DNA from: Ramazzottius varieornatus | Lineage: Eukaryota; Animalia; Tardigrada | DNA length: 64,000 bases | Direction of reading: 5' to 3' | NCBI GenBank assembly: GCA_001949185.1 | Contig: BDGG01000001.1 | Span: 2,497,324-2,561,323, forward strand | Part shown: positions 1-14,870 of the stretch, in pieces | How the letters are laid out: each line of letters opens with the position of its first letter | How positions within the stretch are numbered: position 1 is the first letter of the stretch | Notes under the pieces: model-generated | Databases searched by the model: none | What the model was told of the DNA's origin: nothing | The model's input: only the letters and a program-made list of their open reading frames with translations | Position numbers and translations under genes: made by a program

Positions 1-2137
1 GAGGGCTGAAGCTAGAGAGTACTCTGCATCGTTGTCTGCTCTGGTCTCCGAGTTTAAATAACTGTGTGTGTTGATCGTTTATCAGGAGCGATGTATTTTT
101 ATCTTGGAAGCATCGTGTTCTGTATCGCATCTTAGTTAGATTGGCGCGTGAATGTTAGACTGTACGACCGCCAAATCTAACTGAAGAGCCCAAAAGTCAT
201 ATTTATTCGGCTCGGTTAGGATCATATCTCTTTGTGCTTTCTCACGAGTCACCACATTTCTGTCTGCGTGGACAGGTAGATATAATAGATTTCTCGGCGC
301 CAAATGGAAAAAGCCGTCTCTGGAGGATCTAATGGCAGAGCCAGACACGCCCCCACTTGCTGTGTGATCATTCAGGTATGTCGCATCCTCGCGGCTCTCA
401 AGCATCACATATCGTGACTTCCCTGTTCGTTATCCAAGAACCTTTGCGACTGTCGTTTGGCCAACGGTGCAGTCTCCAAACCTGCAAGCTTAACGGTTGC
501 TCCAGCGGAATCTTCAACACATTGACAACCTTCATCCTGCAGTGACAAGTTGTGTGGATTCTTTCCGAGCGCAAACTCCACCGTCAAGATGTGCTGCCGA
601 TCATTCAGAATCTGGTCACACAGATCATTTGGTACATGGGCATTTAACGTCCGTTCTCTGCAGACCACTTTCTTGTCGAGTGGTGGCGGTCGAACGCCTT
701 GTGGTCTCACTCGAACCCAGTGAATTCGCATGCAGCAGAAGATCGGGATAGCTTCGTCGACAATGCCGCAGTAAGTCCTTGACGGTCCCTACGGAGTGAA
801 GCATTAAGATGGTTTGATGAATCCAAAGCTCAAGGCCGGACTTACATTCGCAGCAGGGTTCGGGTGTGTCTTTGGTGGCTCTTTGAGCACACCGTCTGCA
901 CGAGGTGCCTCTGGTCCAGCTTTCACTAGTACTGGCGGTAGACGATTTGTTACAACATTCTCCGGAATGTCCTTTCGTGGCTTATCCACATCAAATCATC
1001 CGCACCTAAAAAACAGATAAGTATACAACTGCCGGGAATCTGGGTTTAGAAATCAGAATTTCGATGATAACTGATCCACTTTTCAGTTGCCCACCATCTT
1101 ACCGTCTGCGCCTTGAACAAAAACGAGAGTGTTTCCCAATGGCCGTTTGCGGGTTTTGGCGATCCGTGCATGTAAAGTATCCCAGCGCGTCGTCATCTCG
1201 GCCAGTTTCTGGGTGGTCCGCAGGTGCGACGCCTTCTTAGCCGCAAGCTCAGATTTCATCCGCGTTTGCTTCCATGAATCGTTCTATGTCGAGTGCCATC
1301 TTTGCCTCTTCGTCACGAATGTGGCTATCTATATTTAGCGTACGTTTGTCGGTAGAAACTGGGCACATAACTGCGGGTTTCTGCGTCGACCGTACATTTT
1401 CTTGAAGTAAAGTCAGCTGCAGACTCGCTTTGTCCAGTATCACCTGCTGCTCTTCACTATCGTTTTCCAGGACACTAAGTGTCTCAGTTCTCCTTCCAGT
1501 TCGACCACTTTGTTCACTAGACCGCAGTTCCGTCCGTTCTTCCTCTAAGAGTGGATGGACTCTTTGCCATGCTGCCATCCTTCGGTGCTGTCCTTCTGCC
1601 GTTCTGCGCAGCACTTCGTCCTCTCCTGAGCTTCTTCTCCGACCCCGGCTTGTTCGCATCTTCGTGCTGTCTTTTGGACGATGAACTCCGAGCTTCTTGA
1701 ACCTGCAACGAAAGACACGACCTAAGTCAGAAGGAATTTCAAGAAAAAGTCCACAAGTTCAACAAGTGGTTGCTTTGTTGTCGTTTTCTTCGCCACCTTC
1801 CGAATTCGGAAACAAGGGCCGCTCGGCGTCGCACTGTTACTGAACTGCATGAGTAAGCCAGGCGAATCTGACGGACAAACCGCCTCCCTAAACAGCGTGT
1901 TTGACCGTCTGGCCTGCCAAAATGTTTTTCCATTTTTATTTATGGATTATGATTGATCCAGAAAAAGTTCATAGATTCCCCATTTCCGTCCTTAGTCACG
2001 GAAGACCTTCCAGAAGAAAGCTTGTTTCGTGAATTGCAGCTCTCGTTATCTGTTGTGCGGCTTCTTGCAGCTCAAAGATCCTCGTCCGGAAGCGATGTGA
2101 AGCGGTCTACGTCAAAATCGACTGAGCGCTGCGGGAT

Positions 2138-5100
2138 ATGGTAGAAGGCTTCGTTGTGGAGGAAGAGATGACCGTCATGCCTCCCAATCAAGCGAACGAA
2201 ATCCTCATAGGTGGGGGTGGTGGAGGAGAAGACGCTACCGTTCCAGACACCGTCCATACCCTACTAGAAGGAGCAGACTTGGAGAATGCCGATTATGCCA
2301 TCATGTACTCGGATTTGGACATACCAGACGATATGCCTGCACTGGAACCATTGCTGATAAGCTCACCTGAGAACGATACCCCTTCGGCACCTGTGGAGGA
2401 TTTGATCCACGATACTGGCAAGACGGACGTCATACCATTAGGCTTTCAAGAAAATGCTGCCGCGGAAGCAGGGAAAGAGGACAAGGTGGAGGAAGAAGAA
2501 GCAGAAGGAGAGATGTCGGAAGAATACATCGCGGACAGTCTGAAGATGATCGACGAGTTCAAACAACAGCTTCACTCTACCGTCCTTCGTTCGGGACCTC
2601 CGTTTCCGGTTGGCAAAGGCTCCGTCTTTGAACAGATTCTTACTTTTTGCGTGAGGATTTGTCGAAGAGGTAAGTCAGTACCATTTTCTCCTGTTCGAAT
2701 TTTCGTTTAACTACTATAGTCTTTGAATCATTTAGGCTTCGCTGCTGGCTACAAACAACTGGCTTACTTCTTCCAAGAAACCTTGTTCAGTGCTTTGAGC
2801 AAACTACTTACGGACGACAACGTCAGCTCCTGGAATCAAGAGACACATGTGAGATAGACGAGTATTTTTCTTACATCCGTTTTTTTTGTTCTCATTAATT
2901 CCAGTCGAGTTTTTGCTTTACAGGTTAACATTTTCCGTCGCTGCGAACAAGTCATCCGTCTCATAGCCATGAAGATGGGAGAAGACGTTACCGGCTTGCT
3001 GGACCTTCTCGCGCTGTTGCTGAACCCCACCAGTCGCTTCGTGATTTGTAACTCATCGAAGCAGTCCGAAACGTTTCCGACTATCATCCCGCCTCACTCC
3101 ACCAGGCCACATTTCGGCACTTTCCCTAGTAGCTCCAGTGCAGATCTACGAAAGAACGAGGAAAGTGCCAAGAAAGAAGATGTGATACCGCCCGACGTGT
3201 ATGCTCGATGTTTCGCCAGCAGAGACTGTAAAGGATACCTGGTGGACTGGTTGAACGTCTTCGGCCGAGAGAAAGGCTTCGAAAACCTGAAGAATCGTAT
3301 CGTGAATCCACCAGCTGATAGACCACTGACCATTTCCTTGCTGGTGTCAATGCTGAAACCTTTCGGAGCGTCTGCAGAATTTCTAACCAAAAAAACTGTC
3401 GAAACTTACTTCCTGGAAACTTTTGTAAGTTTTCTACAGAACAATCAATTTTTCTGTTTTTGAGCCAAAGAGCACGAATCGGCCATCTTTAAATTTCGCC
3501 TGTATTACAGGCAGATTTAACGGGTGACCAAGTCGCACTGGTTCCGTCGTACTTCGACCAGTATTGTTAATTTTTATTACGGATATGTTCTTACAGCAAA
3601 AGGTTCCAGAGTTTCTACAGTCTATGTCCGACGAGGATTTCAAGAAGGAAAGCGGCAAGCAAGACGGCAAGACCGATCCAGTGACGAACGTTCTGCGCTC
3701 GCTGAAGCAGCTCGTGAAGGTCCTGCCCGACCACATGCCAGCCGTCAACCAAGTGATAGAGACCACTCGTCTTTCGGCCATCATGAAGTTCCTCAAAGTG
3801 GCCAACTTCAACGGCAAGATGCACGCTCTGAATGAGATCAACAAGATCATTCAGAATCTCATCTACGCACACCGTCCTTTCGGGACAGATGACGACAAGG
3901 CCGTGCTTGATGCTGAGAAAGTGGCCTCATGGTTGCAGCAGAATGGCGTCCTGACGCTGATCCTTGCCGACAATATGCATCAACCTCAGTTTGTGGAGAA
4001 ATTGGAAAAGATCATCCGTTTCATGGTACAGCACAAAGTTTTATTCAAAAAATCTTACCTGCCTGGCCAAATATTCGAATCACGTACCTGCATACAACTG
4101 AATACTGGATCTGCACATGAAGATGTATGCAGGTGCTGCGCGAGTTTTCGTAGTCTTCCGTTCCATCCTTCTATTCCAGTATGATGGCAGTATCGTTGAA
4201 CCTGAACTGAAGTTTTGACTGCGTGTTTATGCTGTAGATCAAGGAAAAGAGTTTGACGATCAAAGATCTGGACGACCTATGGATGGCACAAGAATCAGGA
4301 AAGCACGAAGTCATTGTCAAGAACGTCCACGACCTTCTGACCAAGCTGGCCTGGGACTTCACACCCGAACAACTCGACCATCTCTTCTGCCGCTTCCAGG
4401 AAAGCTGGGTAAGTGCTTCCCGAAGACAGCGCGAGAAGCTGCTGGAGCTGATCCGTCGGCTGGCGGAAGACGATCGAGGAGGCGTGATGGCCGACAAGGT
4501 TCTGGAGGTCTTATGGAATTTGTGTCACAATGACGAACTGCCGGCAGAGATTATGGAGCAAGCCTTGTCAGCTCACCTCAAGATCTTAGACTACACCTTT
4601 ACGCATGACCGAGAGACGCTAAAGATGGGATGGCTGAAGAAGTGCGTGGATGAGATTAAAGGCAACCTGTGGGTCGTGCCGGCCTTGCGACACATCAAGA
4701 ATATCTGTGATCAGTTTCCAGAGGTTTGTTATTTCTTAGAAATGCGGATACTTTAGATTGAAATTTCGCCAAATTCTTGCGTAAACTATCCTGAGTAGAA
4801 TTTTGAAAGTAATTTGGAACGTTTGTGCCGTTTCGAGCACCTACATACGCGTAGCTTAGAGTATGGTGATGATTGCTGATGTGTGTAGGTGTATGTCGCT
4901 TTCGAAATTGTGTTTATCTACCTCGTATTCTTTCAGGGAACGGGTACCAATACCGTGGGCATGAGCAGAAACATCGTAACGACACGGATGGACGTCGTGA
5001 AGAAGCTGGAAAGCGATCTGCACGTGATCGATACTGTGATATCCAGCTTGGAACAGTACCTGTACCAAGTTAGTGGTGTGATGCGCCACGCCTTGAGGAG

Positions 5101-8100
5101 TGACTTCGACCCAGCTATGGAGGATCTTCTGGGTTCCAAGAACCCACACTCGCTCCAAGTCGAAGAAAGGCTGAACTTTCTGTACTACATCATCAAGTAC
5201 AGTCATGAAGCACTGACGGACCCACAAAAACTGTGGAGCTGTTTGGTGGAGAACCCGGTGGTGGCAGACGACAGGGATCTCTGCTTCAAATGGTTCACGC
5301 AACTGATGCATTGTGAAACAGACCCAGACATCCGACAGGAAAAGATCAAACCCTTCTTCGAATCGCACATTCTAACGGTGAGCTTTCCCGAGACATTTCT
5401 TCTAGTTTCAGTTCTCGGCGATTCACCAATTTCTTTACCTGTTTTTCCCCAGCTGGATCCGTCGTTTCTGACAGAGTCTGGAATCCAGTGCTTCAGCAGG
5501 TTCTTGAGCTGGGTTAATGCAAACGAGGGGAAGATTGAAGTAAAAAGAAATCATCAGTTTCTACTACAGCTCAATGATCTGGTCGGTGGAGATTACTTGT
5601 GGGAAATCATCCTAACATGGTAAGTCTAGATGAGCTCTACTGCTACAATTTGCTGTACAGTACTGTTGTTTGGTTTTATAGCAAGCCGGAGATTTCTCAA
5701 ATGGGGATCGATCTTTTTCGCGATCTGTACGGCTTCCCGAGTGGAGACTTGCTCAACAAGATCATCGACTTACATCAGGATGTCATCGAAGCGCAGTGCC
5801 TGATGCGTCTTCGTCCCATCTGTGATACCTTGTCCGAAATCAAGAACGACGAGACGTACCGCGCGAAGATCGACCAGGATACGAACAAGGCCGTCAGGAT
5901 CCTCAAAGTTGTGACCGAGTACGTCCAGCAGTACGACAAGGACTACCGGGCTGAACGCGTGCGACCAAGCCTGTCAAGGTAAGTTCTTGTCTATCTCAAA
6001 CCGTTCTTGAACGGTCTGGCTCTTACGAATGGACATTCTTTTACAGATCTACCTTCGGTCAAGGTTTTCATGTCCAGTTGAAAAATCCACAGAATGCTGC
6101 CAACAGCGTCAACGACGTACTCGATATCGCAGTTCATACAAATGAGACAATGGGAGGCTTCCGAAGATCGTTACTAGCAAGGTGAGCTCGGTCTTGCCTT
6201 TTGTCCAGCTGGACAGCTTTTAAAGGCCGAGTGGGTCCTTTCGGGTTCGAAGCTCACGGGGGTTCTTCCTGTGTTGTATAGGTTCAACATTGCTGCTTCG
6301 GCAAAAGTGGACTTGACGTACGGCAACGAGTTGATGGTACCAAGCCAAGATCGGCGTCTGGTCACTGATGTTATCAATGACCCTAACCGGACAGAGAAGC
6401 AGGTCTTCTCCATCAAGCTGGCCGCCAGCTACTCTGGTGGTGCTTTGCTGTCGGACGGAGCCATCGTGTCCTCTCCCGACACCAGCAACGACGTCTCGCC
6501 TGCTGATACACCACAAGACGTATCGGATGACATCAGTTTCGAGATTGAGAAGTCACTTCCGGGTGTGTGGCTTTCCCAGAACACCGACCAGATGCAGTTC
6601 ATCATCCGGCTCGCGGACTTGGGTTCGCGGTTGGGCAGCGAAAGACTGGTGAACGCTGCTCGAGAGCTTTTGGACATCTTGCCACCGGACGAACAGGTTA
6701 CTATGATAATATTAGTAGTCAAGCTCGGCGAACAACCTCGACAGCATTGTGTTTTTTCAAGTGGCGCACGTTTTCCGTGTTATTGGTTGAGAGTGTGCGC
6801 CACTTCGAAAAACGATCTGGTCGAGTTTATTTGCTTAGGTCCCAGTTATGGTCTGGAATAATGTTTTGTCTCTTACGTGTTTGCAGGTCGTGCAGATGCT
6901 TCGGGAGGCCGCGGATGGGAAGATCGACCTGCAGCATTGCTTTCAGATAGATTCGCCTTCAAAGATGCTATACAACCTTCAGGTCCTACTTAGCCTTCTC
7001 CTTCCCTCCAGAAGAAGCCAGGTGGATGAGGCTGGTGTTCGACTATACCAGTTCGTAGTCATTCGGAACCTCCCAGACTTTCTTTTTCACATGCTGGTCC
7101 AGAACTCTTTCTTGAAAGACTCTGATAAGTCGACAAAAGAGCGAGTATACAGCTACATCATGCGTCTTTGCAAATTGGTGTTCTACGTCCAGTGGTCCAT
7201 TGGGTACGGTATTAACCACAATCTGGATGCACATTCAACTGGCGCGACCCAGGGCTTTCATGTGGACGTGCCTAGGAGAGGCTACCCGGACGATGTTTTG
7301 AGCATGCTGGCTGCCATGCATGCAGGGGTTCAACAGTTAACGTTGGTGGACTGCCTCATGGTCGAGGTGGCTGGCATAGTGCGGAACCAGTGGAGAGAAG
7401 GCATGGTCATGTTGCCCACTCTGGTGGTCCTCAAGGCTCTGCGGAGAATTGTGTGGGTTGGTGCTGCGGGGTCGCTGCATCTGTTGCAGTCTTTGCAGGA
7501 CATTGACCAGGAGACCATGGAAAAGGTAAGCTGATTCGCTGAATAAATACCGCAATAAAATTCAGAAAGGCTAAGTAAGCGATTTTTCGAAGAAACACAA
7601 TTAGAACTAAACAGTTTTGAAATCAAGGAAATTGATAGTAAATAAGAAACGAGAAAACACAAAATGATCAAAATTTCAAAAGTTTGAAATGGATGCTCGG
7701 CGAAGAAGCTCGTGATGGTTTTCCCAAGTGGCGCAGGTGTTTGGTTATACTGGCTGGAAGCGTGCGCCACTTGAAGAAAGACGATCTGGTCGAGTTTGTT
7801 TACCTGGCTCTCGAATAAAAGGGGAACTTCATTCTTGGAAAATTGAGAATAAATACAACAAGTTGAAATTCTTTCGTTTTGCTTTTCAGGGAAGTGAGCA
7901 GTTGACTGCGGCCGATGTTGCGTTCGTTGACGATGCCATAGATTGCCTGTACCTGTGCTTTCCCCTGACTGAGTCCGCCAGCGACGACTTGATCCGAAGT
8001 CCCGACTGGCTGAACTTCTTCTCGGATCTGCTGGTGAACTGCAGAGAACCGAAAATCCGGAAGAGGGCGAGAATACGTTTCGGTATCCTGTTGCACAACT

Positions 8101-11100
8101 GCGTACGCAATGCCTCGCATGTGGCCATGATCGTCCAGCATTTCTTCAAGATGGTCCACGATGATAACCAGGAACAACCAGAAATATTCGAAGAGCTCTT
8201 TCACTTCCTTGCAAAGTAGAAAGAATACTCGGCTAGCTTTCTTGTACGTAAGTCAGGGTTGGGTCTTTTTTGCAGTTTACTTCAGCCGTTCAACTATGCA
8301 ACGCGACCGCTAGTTGGAGCCAACGAGATGTTACACAAAGAGTTGCAGTGGCTAGTGAGGTGCAAACACGATTGCCTGGACCAGAACGTCCCGTCCGTCC
8401 ATGACACCGTCCTGGAAGGACATCTGCTCCTCATCAAAGCGCTCATCTGCACGCTGTCTCCACAAGCTAAAGCATCGCTGAGGACGAGCAATGACGGACC
8501 ACCTCTCATCAAGGTAAGTGTCCGAAAGCAGAACCTTCTGCAGCCTACGCACCTGCATGCTGTGTCTTCTGCATGAATTTCGTATCCAGAGCGTCGGTTT
8601 CTGGCCATTATGCAACCTGCATACTTGTGTTCTGGGTCATTCTCCATGGATTGGCGTATGCAGGTTGGCGAAACGTCGGTTGCTGACTGCGTTTTTGTTG
8701 TAGGAACTACTGGAACAGTTCCTCTTTCCGGCTTCTCGACTTCTTCTCGACCTCACAACTCGGGAGAACCACCCACGGTCACGAACTGGTTCCGGCGACG
8801 CGGCTGACGGTTCTCCGTCCTCAGTGCAGTCCGGCGACCTCTTCGACGATCCCGACGCTCTACTAGATATGCCAGTCCAAGCCCGTCCCATCTGCCAGTC
8901 GACGGCATCGATTACCGCTGCCTTCGACGTCATTATCGCCTTGTGCATAGGTTCCACGGAGAACCTAGGCCTTCTGTACAACACCCTGACTGCATTGTTC
9001 TACTCGGGCGATGAGCTGAACATTGTCGAGTGGGACTACTCACCGGCTGTTGGTCCTCGCAAGACCGATGGCTTTGTGGGACTGAAGAATGCCGGAGCAA
9101 CTTGCTACATGAACTCGGTGCTACAGCAGCTGTACATGACACCCATGGTCCGAAACGGCATCTTGCAGGTACTGTAACTTCCGGTTGAAAAACGAAATAG
9201 GCTCGTAATCGGTTGAAGTAATTCACGTACCTGCACATACCATACCGACCGTATACCATTAGGCCGCTGTAAGTATGCTTAGTTTTATTAATGGAGCATT
9301 GCAGATGAAAGACATCCTGCCGCATTATGTGGATGAAGAGGAAGAAAAGGGTGAAGGTGATGCTAAGCGGATGATTGGGCCGATCATCAATACGGAAGCA
9401 GCGGCCTCTGAAGAGGAACAGGTCCAAGGACCAGATTACAACTCGACGCTGACGAAGCAGCTACAAATCATCTTCAGTCATTTGGCTTGTAGCAAGCTGC
9501 AATTCTACACACCGAGGGGATTTTGGAAGAACTTTAGGCTGGGTAGCGAACCTGTCAACCTTCGTGAACAACACGACGCTCTGGAGTTCTACATCAGCGT
9601 CCGTAAGTCGAGTTGCGAGCTCAGAACACAAACTCGGCAAGATTACTGTCCCCATTGGCGCACGCCGGCAGTGCCACTGGCTGGAAGCATGCGCCACTTG
9701 GGCACACGATCTTACCGACTTTGTTTAGCGTAGGTCCCATTTCATTGTAGTTTTGTTCGGGTAGGTGCAATATCGTTGTCGTTGCTTTTCAGTGGACACT
9801 GTGGACGAAGGACTGAAATCCAAGAAGAAAGGTGCACTAATGACGGAGATCCTCGGTGGAACCTTCGCCGACCAGAAGATCTGCCGCGACTGTCCCCATC
9901 GGTACTCGCGCGAGGAACCCTTCACGTCCATCTCTCTTGACATTCGCAACTACCACACGATGCAAGACGCGCTGGAACACTACGTCAAGGGTGACCTGCT
10001 GGAAGGTGCTAACGCTTACTTCTGTGAGAAGTGCCAGCGGAAGGTGGATACAGTCAAGCGCCTGTGCATCAAGCGTCTGCCACCTATGCTGACCATCCAA
10101 CTCAAGAGATTTGACTATGACTGGGAAAGAGAACAGTCAGTCAAGTTCAACGACTATTTCGAGTTCCCTAGACAGATTGATATGGAGCCATACACCGCAG
10201 CGGGCTTGGCTAAAGTAGAGGGACACAGCATTCCGGACGATGACGAGCTGCTCATGGCGGAAGTGGAAAGTCCCGCGAGTTCCTCGAAGAAGGTGAAGCC
10301 GGTGGCGACGCAGTATCGACTGGTGGGCATTGTCGTGCATTCGGGACAGGCGGCTGGGGGACATTACTACTCGTACATCCTCGACCGGTGTGATTCTCTC
10401 CATAGCAGCTCTCCGTTGTTTATGATGTACTAAACGCTTTTCTTTCAGTGATGGGGATCCGAAGTGGTACAGATTCGACGACGGTGATGTTACAGAGTGC
10501 AAGATGGACGACGACGAGGAAATGAAGACACAATGCTTCGGTGGTGAACAACCGTAAGTCGTTTTGTTGGTATCCGAATGTGAAGAAATTTCCGAAAAAT
10601 ATCCAGAATTGTACATGAAAAATCCGCAAAAATACAAATCATCATCGTTCTCTATAAACACCTGGTAGCAAGAAATACTAGATGAAATGTGGATGATAGA
10701 CTTACGTTGGTACGTTTTGCAGTCAAAAGCGATGGTGGAGCGCTTACCTCTTGTTCTACGAAAGAATGGATGTGGGTACGAACGGGATGTCACAGCTCGA
10801 AGGTGACAAGGGCAGCCATGGTCGCATTCGAATGATGTCTGAATCGATTGGTAAAATTCTTGTTCTTTCTTTATGCATGATTCATCTTCTTATTGAGAGT
10901 GAGATCCTTATAGGTTCGCAAGTGGTGTACATGATCCCACAAAGTCTCCGACGGTCCATCCTGAAACAAAACCTCAAGTTCGCCCACACCAGAAGCCAGT
11001 TCATCCCTGAGTACTTCACCTTCCTGAAGCGACTCCTCACCATGTCCGTCTCCCACCTCAGCAGCATGTGGAACGCTGCACTCAAGAACATCAATCTTAA

Positions 11101-14009
11101 AGACAATGGAGAAATGGATCATGGCGCTTTGGCAGTCATGCGACTGATAGGCAAGTTCGTCTTTGACGTGGGCTTCCGCACCAAGAGATCCCTCCGTGGA
11201 CCGGCTGGTGAATGGTCCGAGAGCTTCTGTAAACTCCTTCAGCACTTCGCCATCGCCCGGAAGTACTTCGTGACGGAACTGGCACTGAACAACCCCAAGA
11301 GGCTGATGGAGTTCTTGCTCGAGTGCCCGCAACAAGATGTTCGTGGGGCCTTTCTAAGGATGCTGCAGACGACTGCGTTTTATGGACGAGGAGACGTGAT
11401 GACTGTCCAAACAGTCCAAAGACTGAATAAACAAGCTGGTAAGCAGCTTCCCTTTCGTTCCGACAGTTTCTGAGTACCAGTCTAGTTTGCTCACGTTCCT
11501 ACATACTCGAGCATCGTAGAAATTGTACGGTTTAGTATACGCAGGCTTTTGAAATGCGTTACACATTTGTCACCCGACTTCCCAGTTTGTTCTGTGAGTC
11601 GACTCTGAGATTCTTCGCTCTGTTTACAGAACTGAGTCTTCCGCAAGAACAGATGAGCTTGGAGAAGTTGATACTGCGAGCTGTGATGGATTTACCGAAG
11701 CGGAAAGAGTTCAACGACAATTCGCGGAACCTCGGCAACTTCCTGCACTTCTTCACCACGTCCTTACAAAACTCTGACATGACACAAGTACGTCAATATC
11801 CTTGATTGCGTAGTGGATGCCTTTTATGATCAGTGTTTCAAGCCAATTCGTCTTCCTCCAGAAGTACGTCGTGATCGAGTTGGGGCTTCCCGAGCTTCTG
11901 ATCAAGTTGGTCGGGGACGATACCGGGCCGAGCATTGTCTCCAAGTACAACCAGCATTCAGACCAAGTCCATCGTCTTTTCCACATTGTCGCTCACCTCG
12001 TCTTACTGATGGACTTTTCCGACCTGCAGCAGTCGCCTGTGGAGAATCAGGTATGTGTCTATCGTCAGTAGCTTTATATTTTGCCTTTTTCTACGGAGAA
12101 ACTTGCCAAGTTACTGCTGAGCACGGCCTTGACTGGCGTTATCGTAGCAAAATAGCACAATAATGCACTAACTTTGGGCGCCATTTAATTTTGTGAGATT
12201 TAAAAGTTCCACTTTCGACTCGTTTCGCAAGGTCGTAATTCCCTATATTCTTTATCCTTTAGGAACCACGTTTGCCGTTCTCGATCGGTGGCCATCTAGA
12301 AGACGGACAGAGTTACGTCAAAGCGTCCACTGAACTGTGCAACGCCTTCTCGTTGACCAGCACGGTCCTCAAACGCATCTTCGACGACTGCAACGTGAAC
12401 GAATATCCATTTGCTGACATGTTAAAGGTGGAGCATGCGAAGAGCTGTTGTCTCCGGCGTGCAATATAATATTTTCCTGAGCTCTAATGAGTGTCGTTCT
12501 TTTCACAGTGGATCTCATGGGAGAACCCGAACGTATCAGCACGCATTAACAGTCTGTTATTGACTAGCCTTTCTACCGTCTACCAGCAAGACTACCATCG
12601 TATCTTCGAGTTTGTCCTCAGTTACATCCAGATGGAAGACTCGTGGACTATCATGCGCGTAACCCAGTTTTTCTTCGGCCCGAATAACGGTATGTGGTGA
12701 ATACTGCAAAGTTCTTTCGACGATCCTGCTTAACTTTGTTTTTTACATTCGTCGACATTTTTGTCACTTTTACAGGTCATCCGGACGGGTATTTAGCCGT
12801 GCTGAGTCGCTTTCGTTCTGCCGCTCCGCGAAAAGCCTACCTTGGCCTGAAGTTTGTGGTGACGTTGATGGCACAAACGAGTACCGCGGGAGCGTGTGTC
12901 CATGATTGGCTGGAGGCGGAGTGGCCCAACAATCTATCGGTACCGGAATACAGCAATGAATTACATTTTTCATTGTAATGTGGTCGTGGTAGTCTGTCTG
13001 ACCAAATTGTTTTATCTGCAGTTTCGATCGCAGTATATGCAGGCACTCGAATGGCTCCACAAGGAACTGACTCCTTCAGTCCGCAACTCCCAGACCAACT
13101 TCTTCGGGGGTTACAACAATAACTTCAACTGGAACAGCCACCAGATCACCAGCAATGAACAGTCGACAACCAACACTCTCGAACGAACAGACTCGGCCCG
13201 AGAACTTCTGAGTTTAGCCAAGTCGTACCTTGGACTCAGCGTGAGTATTCCATCCAGTCGTAAATCCATCAACAGTTTCTGTGCTGGAAAATATGATATA
13301 GATATCTTATTTTTGTTTTTTCCTAAGTGAGACGTCGGCAAATGATTACACCCCCATCGTGATCTCAGGTGGCGCACGTTTTCGCTGTTATCTGCTGAGA
13401 CCGAGCGCCACTTGGGTAAACCATCTGGGTGAAATCATTTGCCGGCGTCCCACTTGTCATATCGTACTATAAGCGCAGGTCTTAGACCAAACTAACTGTC
13501 TCGATTCTGCGCAGGATCCATACGTACAGGAAGGTAACGGTCCCGACGACGAAGAAGACCTCGAAGAGGAGTACAGTAACTATTCCGGAGGTGGACTAGA
13601 GATGGGCAGTATCGGCGTTGTCCGAACAAGCAGCAGCTACGGTATGGAAGAACCGGCATGTAATATTGACGAAGATGTAAATGAAAGTCAGAGCTACGAG
13701 GGCGTCGGCGAAGGCGGCGTGAGCGGTGCCTTCGGTCCAGCTCCTCGAAAGTCCCACACACATGAGCGCCGCAACGGTGCGGCGCCTGACCAGATCCGTG
13801 AGAAGCTGGTCAGTGGCGGCATCATGAACAACCAGGGCTTTTCGGAGCGAGCCAACAACATCGAAGCCATTTCGGACATCATGGAGCATATGCAGTTCGG
13901 CAAGAAGACGGCTTTCGGTGGAGACAGCTACCGACCGGGAACTCCGGTAGAACAGGAAGTTGCTCAAGCGGACGTCCATGAGCCGCACCAGTCAGACTTC
14001 GTGGACTGA
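2138..14009 (+). CDS. USP9X: Ubiquitin-specific protease USP9X/USP24 (fat facets) family, multi-exon
   Basis: Cys box [22 protein letters not shown] (~9070-9135); EQHDALEF; [20 protein letters not shown]; His box [14 protein letters not shown] (~10335-10380); [10 protein letters not shown]-terminal FAF motifs [13 protein letters not shown] and [21 protein letters not shown]. Exons join in frame across GT-AG introns where checked; stop TGA at 14007-14009. Confidence 0.93.
4086..4134. repeat. Intronic palindrome family B (ACCTGCATAC-N~30-GTATGCAGGT)
   Basis: 11-bp perfect inverted repeat inside a USP9X intron. Confidence 0.7.
4838..4891. repeat. Intronic palindrome family B copy
   Basis: CACCTACATAC...GTGTGTAGGTG inside a USP9X intron. 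Confidence 0.6.
6723..6844. repeat. Intronic palindromic MITE-like family A (~120 bp)
   Basis: GCTCGGCGAACAACCTCGAC...AAGTGGCGCAC-N-GTGCGCCACTT...GTCGAGTTTATTTGC inside a USP9X intron. Confidence 0.85.
7695..7810. repeat. Family A palindrome
   Basis: CCCAAGTGGCGCA...GTGCGCCACTTG...GTCGAGTTTGTTT inside a USP9X intron. Confidence 0.85.
8613..8667. repeat. Family B palindrome (extra half-copy at ~8551)
   Basis: CAACCTGCATAC...GTATGCAGGTTG, a 12-bp inverted repeat inside a USP9X intron. Confidence 0.7.
9617..9739. repeat. Family A palindrome
   Basis: ACAAACTCGGCAAGAT...TGGCGCAC...TGCGCCACTTGG...ATCTTACCGACTTTGT inside a USP9X intron. Confidence 0.8.
13329..13452. repeat. Family A palindrome, variant outer arms
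   Basis: GACGTCGGCAAATGATT...GTGGCGCAC...GCGCCACTT...AATCATTTGCCGGCGTC in the last USP9X intron. Confidence 0.8.
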
Positions 14010-14870
14010 TAGAACAGCCTTCTAACTTGGGCTTGCAACCTTTTCTTGGAGAAGATGATACCGTGTTGATCAAACTCGTGAAAGATTTGTACGAAGTGGC
14101 TGGCTTTTGATTTTAGCTAGAATGTTGCGCGGTCCCTTTCTTTCCCTTTCTTAAAGAGTCAAGTTTCAAACTTGTACAGACTGGTCTTCGTGGTCTCAGT
14201 GAGATTTTACCGATGGCTGTTTCTTCATGTTTATATTTACCAGTCCCCTTTCCTGCTTTTCTTACTTTAGTACTGTATATTTACGTGTAACGTCTTTGAT
14301 GGTTCGATGATTACGGATTTCTATTTCGATTTTAGAAGAATTTTTATCACCTGTCCCTGATAAGTAATCACGAAACCGATTCACAGTGGTGTAAGATGGC
14401 AGCCCTAGCTTGAACGCTTACGGGTCGACTCGCGCATTTTGATCTTCCTTTCACGAGGCCGATGTGCTGTCTAACTTAGGAAGCAAGATAAAACACCAGA
14501 CGATCAAGATCAAATTCACTGATCGGCGCTAGCACAAAAATGGATAAGAAATATTAAATTAAAACAAAACTGTATTGGGAGGATTCGTGCGTGCAAAATG
14601 GAGAGCTGGCTAACGCAGAAAGGGGAGTATTGGCACAGTACAAAGTCAAGATCGAATAATGCCTGAGGGAACAGAGTAGTCACTATTGCCGAACACAACC
14701 ATACAGCAGTATTTGCACAACGTGACCATACCGGGTCGTCTATATCAACTTCTCGCATAGGGCAGGAATTCTCAACTAGAACTCTTTTGAGCACGATCTT
14801 TTCAAGGTATTCTATAGGCATCCCAATGCACATAATGCTTCCGGCAGACACAAAAACATCGTTTTTGCAG

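Noticed and set aside
136-1933. Minus-strand coding-like segments divergent from USP9X
   Set aside because: Some splice signals and charged peptides are present, but the frames are interrupted by stops and no family motif is recognisable, so I could not build a gene model.
6185-6265. Box A/Box B-like motifs and a TGTCCAGCTGGACA palindrome in a USP9X intron
   Set aside because: The boxes are too close together for a tRNA and the sequence is single copy here.
2072-13988. Numerous minus-strand ORFs over USP9X and other genes
   Set aside because: They are antisense shadows of codon-biased exons.
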